Assembly: GCA_021780905.1 (NCBI GenBank)
Contig: JAJXXW010000085.1
Coordinates: 86,158-110,157 of the forward strand
DNA length: 24,000 bases
Source: a bacterium
GTDB taxonomy: Bacteria; Verrucomicrobiota; Verrucomicrobiia; Limisphaerales; UBA11358
Direction of reading: 5' to 3'
This document shows, piece by piece, positions 1 to 7,812 of this stretch. A model generated the notes under the pieces. The model was not told the DNA's origin, did not search any database, and was given only the letters and a program-made list of their open reading frames with translations. The stretch's first letter is position 1; every line of letters begins with the position of its first letter. Position numbers and translations under genes: made by a program.

Positions 1-1
1 T

Positions 2-124
2 GACGCCGCCAAAAAAGAGGCGATTAACAAATTCAACATCGTCGGCTATATCGCCGAAACCGGGCAGTGCATCAACCTCAACCACGGCCGCGGCCGGGGT
101 TTGCCCGCGATCGTGCCGGCTTGA
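2..124 (+). CDS. 3' end of an unidentified CDS entering from the window edge (...DAAKKEAINKFNIVGYIAETGQCINLNHGRGRGLPAIVPA*)
   Basis: The frame is open from the window edge to TGA at 122-124. About 80% G/C at third codon positions (hand count), like neighbouring genes. No family recognised. Confidence 0.5.
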   Translation, partial: DAAKKEAINKFNIVGYIAETGQCINLNHGRGRGLPAIVPA

Positions 125-206
125 TTTGTCCCGCCTTGGCCACCACCGCAATCCGGGCTGGACACCGAGGAAATCATGGTTTTAATTTTGAGGCTGTAAA
201 TCAAAA

Positions 207-374
207 TTGAAAACGAGCGATCTGGTAAAATCTTTGGGCAAGCTACTGTTTCCCCGCCAGCCGCCCTGGCAGCAGCGGAAGCAAATCCGGGCGTTGCTCT
301 GGGCAGTGCTGGCGGCGGTGGTTTTTGCGGTTGTCATTGGAGCCATCATGCTCTGGCAGAATGCAAGAAGATGA
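207..374 (+). CDS. possible 55-aa small membrane protein (TTG start), not in the ORF track
   Basis: Translation is (M)KTSDLVKSLGKLLFPRQPPWQQRKQIRALLWAVLAAVVFAVVIGAIMLWQNARR*. It has a basic N-terminal part followed by one strongly hydrophobic ~22-aa helix. There is no in-frame ATG; an upstream in-frame TGA at 189-191 leaves only TTG starts. Confidence 0.3.
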   Translation: MKTSDLVKSLGKLLFPRQPPWQQRKQIRALLWAVLAAVVFAVVIGAIMLWQNARR

Positions 375-405
375 TCCCGCGCCGAATGGGCAGCGGCTGG
401 CGCGC

Positions 406-708
406 CTACACCACTGCTTCCTGTTCCTCGACAGCGGATTGTTTTAACTCATCCAGCGCGCGGAAACGGCTGGCGGCAAAGCCGGCCTCGACGCCAAGAT
501 GGTTGGCCGGATTGTAAAGGCCGACGAGCAATAACGAAGGTTCCAACACGCGGCGCATATCCATGATGAGTTCATCCGCCTTCACGCCCACGCGCACGGC
601 CCGGACGACGTAAATGCTGTCTTTGACCGGCAGCGCGAGGTAAAGCTGCTTGACCGTTTCCGGCCATTGGTCATCCACCAACACGACTTTTTGTCCGACG
701 TTGAACAT
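406..708 (-). CDS. hypothetical 100-aa protein, co-oriented with and 10 nt downstream of the fusion gene
   Basis: ATG at 708, TAG at 406-408. The sequence is not low-complexity (MFNVGQKVVLVDDQWPETVKQLY...RFRALDELK). Only 10 nt separate it from the stop of the upstream gene. No family recognised. Confidence 0.6.
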   Translation of the reverse strand: MFNVGQKVVLVDDQWPETVKQLYLALPVKDSIYVVRAVRVGVKADELIMDMRRVLEPSLLLVGLYNPANHLGVEAGFAASRFRALDELKQSAVEEQEAVV

Positions 709-718
709 GGCCTGCTGA

Positions 719-1978
719 TTAGTATGGCAGCGGAAATTTCGCCGTCAACTCCCGCACGCGGGCACGAACCTGGCGCGCCGCCTCGACGTTTTTGATGTCC
801 ATCAAGACCTCGGAAATCATGTCGGCGATTGCGGCCATCTCGGCCTCCTTCATGCCGCGCGTCGTGCAGGCGGGCGAGCCGAGCCGAATGCCGCTGGCCT
901 GGAATGGCGAGCGCGTCTCGAACGGAATCGTGTTCTTGTTCACCGTGATGCCGGCCTCGTCAAGCGCGATCTGCGAATCCTTGCCGGTGATGCCCTTCGC
1001 GCCGACGTCCACGAGCATGAGATGATTATCCGTGCCGCCGCTGACGAGGCGGTAGCCGTTGCGCTTCATGCCGTCGGCGAGCGCGGCGGCGTTCTTCACA
1101 ATCTGCTGCTGGTAAGCCTTGAAACCCGGTTGCAGCGCTTCGTGGAAACAAACCGCCTTGCCGGCGATGACGTGTTCCAGCGGTCCGCCCTGAATGCCGG
1201 GGAACACGATGGAGTCTATCTCCTTCGCGTATTTTTCCGCGCAGAGAATGAGGCCGCCGCGCGGGCCCCGCAGCGTCTTGTGCGTTGTCGTCGTCACAAA
1301 ATCCGCATGACCGACCGGACTTGGATGCACGCCCGCCGCGACGAGACCCGCGATGTGCGCGATGTCCGCCAGCAGATACGCGCCGACTTCGCGGGCGATT
1401 TCACCCATGCGCTGAAAATCAATCACGCGCGGATAAGCGCTCGCTCCGATGGTAATCATCTTCGGCTTGTGCTCGCGCGCCATGGCGGCGATTTGTTCAT
1501 AATCAATCCGCTCGGTTTCCTTATTCACGCCGTAGTGGACGATCTCAAAAAATTTACCGGAAAAATTCGCCTTGTTGCCGTGCGTCAGATGACCGCCGTG
1601 GCTCAAATCCATCGTCAGCATCTTGTCGCCGGGCTTCAGGAAGGCAAAATATACTGCCATGTTTGCGCCGGAGCCGGAGTGCGGCTGGACATTGGCATGC
1701 TCCGCGCCAAACAGCTTCTTGGCGCGGTCAATGGCCAACTGCTCAATAACATCAATGTTCTCGCAGCCGCCATACCAGCGTTTCTTGGGATAACCCTCGG
1801 CATATTTGTTGGTAAGCACCGAACCCTGCGCCTCCATGACCGCCGGGCTGGTAAAATTTTCCGACGCGATCAGCTCGATGTTTTCCTGCTGGCGTTTGCG
1901 CTCGTGCTCGATGGCGGCGGCGATTTCCGGATCCACATTGACGACGCGCAGGCTGGCAGGCGCAAATTTTGAATCCAT
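719..1978 (-). other. glyA: domain 3 of the fusion: SHMT (aa 307-725); internal Met at 1978 would give a normal-length 419-aa GlyA
   Basis: ATG (plus-strand cat at 1976-1978) begins [26 protein letters not shown]..., a typical GlyA N-terminus and length. No obvious Shine-Dalgarno sequence lies upstream. Confidence 0.8.
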
Positions 1979-2896
1979 CTTCAGCACGCGCCGTTCGTGG
2001 CGTCCGCCCTCGAATTTTGCGCTAATGAAAGCGGCGAGGATTTTTTTACCAAGCTCAACGGGAGTTTTCTTACCGCTCAAACAAAGCACGTTCACGTCAT
2101 TGTGCTGGCGGCAGAGCGCGGCGGATTCCTCGTCGCCGATCAGCGCGGCGCGCACGCCGGCCACCTTGTTCGCGGTGATGCTCATGCCAACGCCGCTGGT
2201 GCAAATGAGCAGACCCAGTTCGGCCTGGCCGGCCCCAACCGAGTCTGCGACGGACCTGGCAAAGTCGGGATAATCATCCGCCGGGTCTTTGCTCGTCGCG
2301 CCAACGTCGGCGACGGTCAGGCCGCGTTCGCGCAGAAACGCCTTGAGCGCCTCCTTGAGTTCGAAGCCGCCGTGATCCGCGCCAAGCGCAAAGTGGGTGA
2401 CGGCCGCCGCCGCCGGATTTTGATGTTTCGACAGGAAGTTGTGTTGTTCCATAAATTTCAAAAGCGTGACGATGCCTTGCTCAATTTGGTCGCGGCAATC
2501 CGCATAGACATGATACGGGCTGCCGATCGGATCGCTGATGTCTTTTTCGTAAGGTTCGAGCGTTTCGTCGAATTCGCGCAGCAGGAAAGTTTTTTCCGCC
2601 GCTGCCGGATAGAGCAACGCCACCGTGTCCGTGTGGCTGTGCGTCATGCCCAGAATCAAATCCGCCGCGCGCACCAGTTCCGCCGTCAGCGCGCGGCTCC
2701 GTTGCTGCGAAATATCAATGCCGATCTCGCGCATGGCCTGCACCGAATGGTTCGTGGGCGGCTGGCCGTCCACCGCGCCCAGCCCCGCCGACAGAATGCG
2801 AAACTCGCCCCGGCCCCGGACGGCGTGCCGGAAAAGTCCCTCGGCCATCGGGCTGCGGCAGACATTGCCGGTGCATAGAAATAGAATTGTTTTCAT
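719..2896 (-). CDS. glyA: 725-aa single ORF fusing a low-molecular-weight phosphatase, ribose-5-phosphate isomerase B and serine hydroxymethyltransferase
   Basis: One uninterrupted frame. The N-terminus has the CX5R(S) P-loop CTGNVCRS plus DP. The middle has [12 protein letters not shown] and [15 protein letters not shown] (RpiB/LacAB). The C-terminus has [30 protein letters not shown] and the PLP-lysine motif [14 protein letters not shown] (SHMT). Confidence 0.9.
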   Translation of the reverse strand: MKTILFLCTGNVCRSPMAEGLFRHAVRGRGEFRILSAGLGAVDGQPPTNHSVQAMREIGIDISQQRSRALTAELVRAADLILGMTHSHTDTVALLYPAAAEKTFLLREFDETLEPYEKDISDPIGSPYHVYADCRDQIEQGIVTLLKFMEQHNFLSKHQNPAAAAVTHFALGADHGGFELKEALKAFLRERGLTVADVGATSKDPADDYPDFARSVADSVGAGQAELGLLICTSGVGMSITANKVAGVRAALIGDEESAALCRQHNDVNVLCLSGKKTPVELGKKILAAFISAKFEGGRHERRVLKMDSKFAPASLRVVNVDPEIAAAIEHERKRQQENIELIASENFTSPAVMEAQGSVLTNKYAEGYPKKRWYGGCENIDVIEQLAIDRAKKLFGAEHANVQPHSGSGANMAVYFAFLKPGDKMLTMDLSHGGHLTHGNKANFSGKFFEIVHYGVNKETERIDYEQIAAMAREHKPKMITIGASAYPRVIDFQRMGEIAREVGAYLLADIAHIAGLVAAGVHPSPVGHADFVTTTTHKTLRGPRGGLILCAEKYAKEIDSIVFPGIQGGPLEHVIAGKAVCFHEALQPGFKAYQQQIVKNAAALADGMKRNGYRLVSGGTDNHLMLVDVGAKGITGKDSQIALDEAGITVNKNTIPFETRSPFQASGIRLGSPACTTRGMKEAEMAAIADMISEVLMDIKNVEAARQVRARVRELTAKFPLPY
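1979..2401 (-). other. rpiB: domain 2 of the fusion: RpiB (aa ~166-306)
   Basis: [21 protein letters not shown]...[25 protein letters not shown]...[10 protein letters not shown]. There is no stop codon before or after the domain. Confidence 0.8.
2447..2896 (-). other. domain 1 of the fusion: LMW-PTP / arsenate-reductase-fold phosphatase (aa 1-150)
   Basis: [20 protein letters not shown]... with a DISDPIG acid loop. The domain length matches stand-alone LMW-PTPs. Confidence 0.8.
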
Positions 2897-3367
2897 CCCA
2901 AACGCGGACGGAAAAGGTGGTTGGTTGGAGGCAAATCGTCAATGCGAAAGGTTGGGTCCCTAAGGTCGCAATCAGGCGAGTCATCGGAATCTTCAGCCGT
3001 TATCGTCGGCCACGAGCACCCTGAGCCGGCCGGAAAACCGTTTCAATGCCGCCAACGGTGACGGGCTGGCGCCTGCGCGCCGGCCGACCTTCCGCAGCAG
3101 CAAAGAGGGAATCACCAAGAATCTTGATGTCATGGCCTGGGTCGGGATGGGGCGAAACGTGGACGCTTCCCTTTGCCGGCCAAGGCGCGCCCAAAACTGC
3201 TCGTCGCCGTCACCAATGCGGCCGGCACCTGCGGCATGGCTTTTCTCGCCGGCAACTATGACCGCAATCCCTTCGACAATGTGCGCGTGCCTCCGCTCCC
3301 CGCCAACGACCTTGCCAAGCTTTGAAGCTTCGCGGTATAACAATTGCCAGTTGCAAACTTCAATTTG

Positions 3368-4846
3368 ATGAAAAGTGTGAACTCGCACCGCATGCTTAAA
3401 CTGATTCCCGCCGCCGGTCTGGCCCTGCTGCTATGGTTGCCCGGTTCAAGCGGATTCGCCGCCGGAACCAACGCGCCGGCCAAGTTGAACATCCTCTTCA
3501 TCACCGCCGACGACATGAACTACGACACGCCGGGCTTTACCGGCAACCGGGTGCCGGACATCACGCCCAATCTTGACCGACTGGCCAGCGAGGGGATGTG
3601 GTTTGAGCAGGCGCATGTCGCCGTGGCGGTTTGCCAGCCCAGCCGCGAATGTCTGATGACCGGGCGTTATCCGCATCACAACGGCGCGACCGGCTTTTAT
3701 CCCGTCCGAGCCGACGTGCCGACGCTGGCGGAATTGCTCAAAGCCGGCGGCTACCAGCTGGGCATTCTCGGCAAGGTCATTCATCTGCGGCCGGCGTCAA
3801 AATTTCCGTGGGACTTTGCCCATGACCAGGCCGAGTTGGGCAATGGCCGCGACCCGGCGAAGTATTACCAGTTCACGAGAGAATTTCTCCAGCAGGCGAA
3901 TGCCTCCGGCAAGCCCTTTTTTCTCATGGCCAATTCCCACGATCCCCACCGGCCTTTTGCCGGAGCCGAGTCCCCGGCCTTTCTGCGCCAGTCGCCCTTT
4001 CCGCCCCCCAAACGAACCTACACGCCGGATGAAATCGTCGTGCCCGGCTTTCTGCCGGATCTGCCGGCGGTGCGGAAGGAGATGGCGCAGTATTACACCT
4101 CCGCCCACCGTTGTGACGAGACCATCGGGGAAATCCTACGCGCCCTGGATGAATCCGGTCGGGCCGGCAATACCCTGGTGATGTTTCTCAGTGACAACGG
4201 CATTTCCGAGCCTTTCGGCAAGAGCAACTGTTATCTCACCAGCACCCGCACGCCGTGGCTGGTGCGCTGGCCCGGCAAAGTCAAACCTGGCCGCGTGAAC
4301 CATGAGAATTTCATTTCCGGAATTGATTTCATGCCGACCATTTTGGAGGCGGCGGGATTAACCATACCGCCGGACACGGACGGACGGTCTATGCTCCGGC
4401 TGCTCAACGGCGGCCAGCAGGCCAGGCGCGACCACGTCTTCACTTGTTACAACGAAGCCTTCGGCGGCAAGCCTTACCCGATGCGTTGTCTCCAGAACAA
4501 ACGCTTTGGCTACATTTTCAACGCCTGGGCTGACGGTAAGACCCGTTACAACACCGAGCCCATGAGCGGGCTGGCGTTCAAGGCGATGAAGCAGGCCGCT
4601 CCGGGGGACAAGGCCATTGCCGACCGCGTGGAGCTGTTGGTCCACCGGGTCCCCGAAGAACTTTACGACGTCTCGGCCGACCCGGCCGCGCTGCACAATC
4701 TCATCGCCGAACCCGCCCACCATAATGAACTGGCACAAATGCGCCAGATGATGCTCAAATGGATGGAAGACACCCGCGATCCCCTGCTACCCCAATTTCG
4801 CGCGACGCTTGAAGCCCGTTTCGCAACATTTCCAAAATCGGATTAG
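3368..4846 (+). CDS. secreted Cys-type sulfatase (formylglycine-dependent arylsulfatase family)
   Basis: NILFITADDMNYD and the CxPxR motif AVCQPSRECLMTGR; signal-peptide-like MLKLIPAAGLALLLWLPGSSGFAAG. The start is ambiguous: TTG 3344, ATG 3368 or ATG 3392, all in frame. Confidence 0.9.
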   Translation: MKSVNSHRMLKLIPAAGLALLLWLPGSSGFAAGTNAPAKLNILFITADDMNYDTPGFTGNRVPDITPNLDRLASEGMWFEQAHVAVAVCQPSRECLMTGRYPHHNGATGFYPVRADVPTLAELLKAGGYQLGILGKVIHLRPASKFPWDFAHDQAELGNGRDPAKYYQFTREFLQQANASGKPFFLMANSHDPHRPFAGAESPAFLRQSPFPPPKRTYTPDEIVVPGFLPDLPAVRKEMAQYYTSAHRCDETIGEILRALDESGRAGNTLVMFLSDNGISEPFGKSNCYLTSTRTPWLVRWPGKVKPGRVNHENFISGIDFMPTILEAAGLTIPPDTDGRSMLRLLNGGQQARRDHVFTCYNEAFGGKPYPMRCLQNKRFGYIFNAWADGKTRYNTEPMSGLAFKAMKQAAPGDKAIADRVELLVHRVPEELYDVSADPAALHNLIAEPAHHNELAQMRQMMLKWMEDTRDPLLPQFRATLEARFATFPKSD

Positions 4847-4919
4847 CCCGGAAGATTTCGGTGCTGCCCCTGATACGCCAGCCAACTTGACGGTGCCAAT
4901 ATCTTTTTAGAGGCGAAGT

Positions 4920-4936
4920 CAATACTGTCCCGTTAA
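4920..4936. repeat. left terminal inverted repeat of the IS remnant
   Basis: 10/13 ungapped matches to the right end, plus a shared GTT(T)AA; both ends begin with CA. Confidence 0.55.
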
Positions 4937-5029
4937 GATTTTCATGACAACGATTCTGGCTCAGTAAAATCTGCCTGTTTTCGCTGTCTGGTCATTTTTC
5001 GATTTCAATTCTGCGACGACTCCCCGAGG

Positions 5030-5866
5030 GTGTTCCACCGCCAACCGGCGGCTTACGCGCTGGGTTCCACCACCATTGACCTCTGCCTCTCGCTCTTTCC
5101 GTGGGCCACCTTCCGCCGCGCCAAGGCCGCCATTAAACTCCACACGCTGTTGACCTTGCAAGGCAACTTTCCCACGGTCATCAGTGTCTCCACGGGCAGT
5201 GTGCATGATGTCCACCTCCTCGACCAACTCGTCTGGGAAGCCGGTTCGTTCTACATCATGGATCGCGGCTACCTGGACTTCGCCCGCTGGCAGCGGATTC
5301 ATCAGTGCGGAGCTTTCTTCGTCACCCGGGCCAAGCAAAATTTCCGTTGCGTCCGTCGTTACTCCCGGCCCGTGGATAAAACCACCGGCTTGCGCTTCGA
5401 CCAGACCGTCGTGCTGACCGGGTTGGACGCCCAACACAATTATCCCGCCCCGCTGCGGCGCGTCGGTTACCGCGATCCCGAAACCGGCAAGATGCGGATC
5501 TTCCTGACCCACAACTTCATCGTCCCGGCGCGGACCATCGCCCAACTCGATCGCGGACGCTGGCAAATTGAACTCTCTACTTCAAATGGATCAAGCAGCA
5601 TTTGCGCATCAAAGCCTTTTACGGCACGTCGCCCAACGCGGGGCGCACCCAAGTCTGCAGTGCCATTGCCATTTACCTGCTCGTCGCCATTTTGAAAAAA
5701 CGGCTGCGTCTGGAGGCCAGCTTCTACACGATTTTACAGATTTTGAGCCTCACCCTTTTTGAGAAAATGCCCATTTCAAAGGCGCTTGCTCAACTTCCAT
5801 CACCATCCCAGTCAACTGACTGTCACAATCATCAATGTTTGATGGTTTTTAAACGGGACAACAGTG
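5030..5866 (+). pseudogene. IS4-family DDE transposase, N-terminally deleted and frameshifted
   Basis: Motifs present: YALGSTTIDLCLSLFPWATFRRAKAAIKLHTLL, YIMDRGYLDFARW, GRWQIEL, then YFKWIKQHLRIKAFYGTSPNA...AIAIYLLVAILKKRL in another frame (shift at ~5576-5577). Only MTTILAQ* (4944-4967) remains of the N-terminus. Confidence 0.8.
5849..5866. repeat. right terminal inverted repeat of the IS remnant
   Basis: Its reverse complement, CACTGTTGTCCCGTTTAA, matches the left end. It abuts the truncated mutarotase codons ...FEYVGD. Confidence 0.55.
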
Positions 5867-6057
5867 ATCGCCAACATATTCAAAATAGCTTAACAGGTAA
5901 GGCCGGCCGTCGGCCAGGGCGCGCAGATATATCAAATAATTTTGAATCTGGCTGTGCTTGATAATTAGGAGCACATCCGCCACGCGGCGGCGTGCAACTA
6001 TTGGTAGCGCGCAACTTGGGCTGGCTTGATGCCGACCACCGTTCCGAAACGTTTCAT
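5867..6057 (-). pseudogene. L-rhamnose-mutarotase-family (RhaM/DUF718-like) gene, truncated by the IS and carrying an in-frame stop and a frameshift
   Basis: My translation: MKRFGTVVGIKPAQVARYQ-TAG-LHAAAW, then a frameshift, then (P)DVLLIIKHSQIQNYLIYLRALADGRPYLLSYFEYVGD, which runs directly into the IS end. This follows the family pattern MKRYG.VI.LKPE...Y..LHA.VWPEVL..I....I.NYSI......YLFSYFEY.GDDF. AGAGGAA lies 7 nt before the ATG. Confidence 0.65.
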
Positions 6058-6087
6058 TTTCGTTCCTCTGGTTTTAGATTGTTGAGG

Positions 6088-7812
6088 TCATTTGGGCGGA
6101 AATAGCTTGAACTCAAAAATGGTCGGACCCTCCGTGGCCTCGGTAATGTTCAGCCGGAATTCCTGGGCCGTCACCGGCTCAAAGGTCGTGTCGAGCGTGG
6201 CGCCAAGATTCTCACCCCGGTAACACACCTTCCAATCCGCGCCGTCCCGGTATTCGATGGCGAATTTCTTCACGCGTTGCAGCTCCGGAAACGCCTGCTC
6301 AATGACCGCGCGACCAACCTTGGCCGGTTGGCCGAGATCCACGGCGAGCCAGGCGGACGTCGTGCCGCTGTCGGTCGCCCAGCGTGTTTGGATATCATTG
6401 TCAAACGCCTTGTCGGCAGCGTAACCGGCCATATTCAAATACACATTAGAGGCCGTGGCCTTCTTTCCGCTAGTCAATGACTGGGACATTTCGACGACAT
6501 CAACCGGCGCAATCGCCATGGCCGGTTGGTCCAGTTGAAGCGCGATGATCGTTGCCGGTTTCGCCCGATCAGTCACCTGTAAAGAAACTTTGATTTTGCC
6601 GTCACCCTGTTTCACCGTGACATCGCCGCCGGTCAACGCGCGGCTGCCGATGATTTTCGCGGCAATGTCCGGCAACTCCAGCGGGTCGTCCGGCCAGTTC
6701 TGGATGAGGAGGTAGATCGTGTTGCCTTTGCGGGTGGAGACGCCGAACTTGCCGGGCTTGAACGGCCCGCCGCGCGTGCCGTAAATGCTCTCGCCGTATT
6801 TCGACAGCCAGGCGCCCATTTTGTTGAGGGGATCGACTTGCACCGGTGCGATCTCGCCATTCGGCATGGGGCCGACATCCAGCAGCATGTTGCCGTCGCC
6901 GCCCGCGCAGTGAATCAGCATATTCAGGCATTCTTCAAAGGACTTGGTGGTTTTCGTGTTTCCATCCCACGACCATTGGCCGACAGTCGAAACGGTCATG
7001 CACGATTCCCACGGGTGTTGGTTGTCGAAGCTACCGATGCGCTGTTCTGGCGTGTAGAAATCCGTCCACGGCCCGATGCTGGCCGGATTGGCCGGGTCGC
7101 TGAAAAGACCTCCTGGGCCGCAATCCAGCCGGTTGTTGATGACAATATCCGGTTGCAGATGGCGGACCAGCGCATAGGTGGCTTGCTGGTCCCACGGAAC
7201 GGTTCGGCCATCAAAGTCGAACCACAGAACATCGATCTTGCCGTAGTTGCTTAGAAGTTCGGTCAACTCCGACTGCATGCGCTTGACGAACTCGGCGTTT
7301 TTCGCGTTGCGGCAATCCGGGTCCTTCCAGTCCATCGGCGAGAAATACCAACCGATCTTCAACCCCGCCTCATGGCACGCCTGCGCCAGTTCCGCGCAAA
7401 CGTCCCGGTGGAAGGGCGTGTGCATGATGTTGTAATCACTAACTTTGGAGTCCCACAGCAGAAACCCGTCGCAATGCTTGGCGGTGAGCACCAGGTATTT
7501 CATCCCGGCTTCCTTTGCGATCTGCACCCACTCTTTGGCGTTGAAATTTGTGGGGTCGAAACGCTTATAAAGCTGGTCATACACCGCCACCGGCGTCGGG
7601 CCGTAGTTTGGGCACTGCGGGTTTGAGTTGGCGCGGGACCAACTGAGTTCCTTTCCGGTGAGGCTGACCGGTCCCCAGTGGATGAACATTCCGAATCGCG
7701 CGTCGCGCCAAGCCTGGAGGGACGCCGGACTGGTTTTCTCCGGTGCGGCACTGGCCGGTAACGCCAAGAGCAGCGCCACCAGTATTGAATATAAGTTGAG
7801 GTATGTTTTCAT
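6088..7812 (-). CDS. secreted alpha-L-fucosidase (GH29) with a C-terminal F5/8 type C (discoidin/CBM32-like) domain
   Basis: ARFGMFIHWGPVS and KYLVLTAKHCDGFLLWDS (GH29 core). The C-terminal ~140 aa read ATASNVY...AFDNDIQTRWAT...EFRL (discoidin-like). The signal peptide is MKTYLNLYSILVALLLALPASAAP. Confidence 0.9.
   Translation of the reverse strand: MKTYLNLYSILVALLLALPASAAPEKTSPASLQAWRDARFGMFIHWGPVSLTGKELSWSRANSNPQCPNYGPTPVAVYDQLYKRFDPTNFNAKEWVQIAKEAGMKYLVLTAKHCDGFLLWDSKVSDYNIMHTPFHRDVCAELAQACHEAGLKIGWYFSPMDWKDPDCRNAKNAEFVKRMQSELTELLSNYGKIDVLWFDFDGRTVPWDQQATYALVRHLQPDIVINNRLDCGPGGLFSDPANPASIGPWTDFYTPEQRIGSFDNQHPWESCMTVSTVGQWSWDGNTKTTKSFEECLNMLIHCAGGDGNMLLDVGPMPNGEIAPVQVDPLNKMGAWLSKYGESIYGTRGGPFKPGKFGVSTRKGNTIYLLIQNWPDDPLELPDIAAKIIGSRALTGGDVTVKQGDGKIKVSLQVTDRAKPATIIALQLDQPAMAIAPVDVVEMSQSLTSGKKATASNVYLNMAGYAADKAFDNDIQTRWATDSGTTSAWLAVDLGQPAKVGRAVIEQAFPELQRVKKFAIEYRDGADWKVCYRGENLGATLDTTFEPVTAQEFRLNITEATEGPTIFEFKLFPPK

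Larger units (their letters stand above)
4920..5866 (+). mobile_element. defective IS4-family insertion sequence (DUF4372/DDE_Tnp_1 type), ~947 bp, with both ends present
   Basis: The terminal inverted repeats are CAATACTGTCCCGTTAA (4920-4936) and the reverse complement of 5849-5866, CACTGTTGTCCCGTTTAA. They bracket a transposase remnant. The element is shorter than I would expect for an intact member of this IS family (from memory, not checked). Confidence 0.7.

Noticed and set aside
792-2984. Plus- and minus-strand ORFs overlapping the fusion gene (for example 1022-1972, 1997-2878, 2715-2984)
   Set aside because: They are antisense or off-frame shadows of a gene with three clear domain signatures, and no motif is recognisable in them.
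2897-3000. Looked for a ZTP (pfl), THF or glycine riboswitch in the leader of the glyA-containing fusion gene
   Set aside because: I could not find the conserved cores as I remember them (for example the ZTP CCGCCTGGGC-type 3' element). Without a covariance-model scan this is only a weak negative.
2993-3388. 131-aa minus-strand ORF ending ...RLRVLVADDNG*, which resembles the start of a receiver domain
   Set aside because: The resemblance is an 8-residue string at the wrong end of the ORF. The rest is Arg/Gly/Ala-rich and third-position GC is not the highest class. The plus-strand fragment over the same DNA reads better, and the ORF overlaps the sulfatase start.
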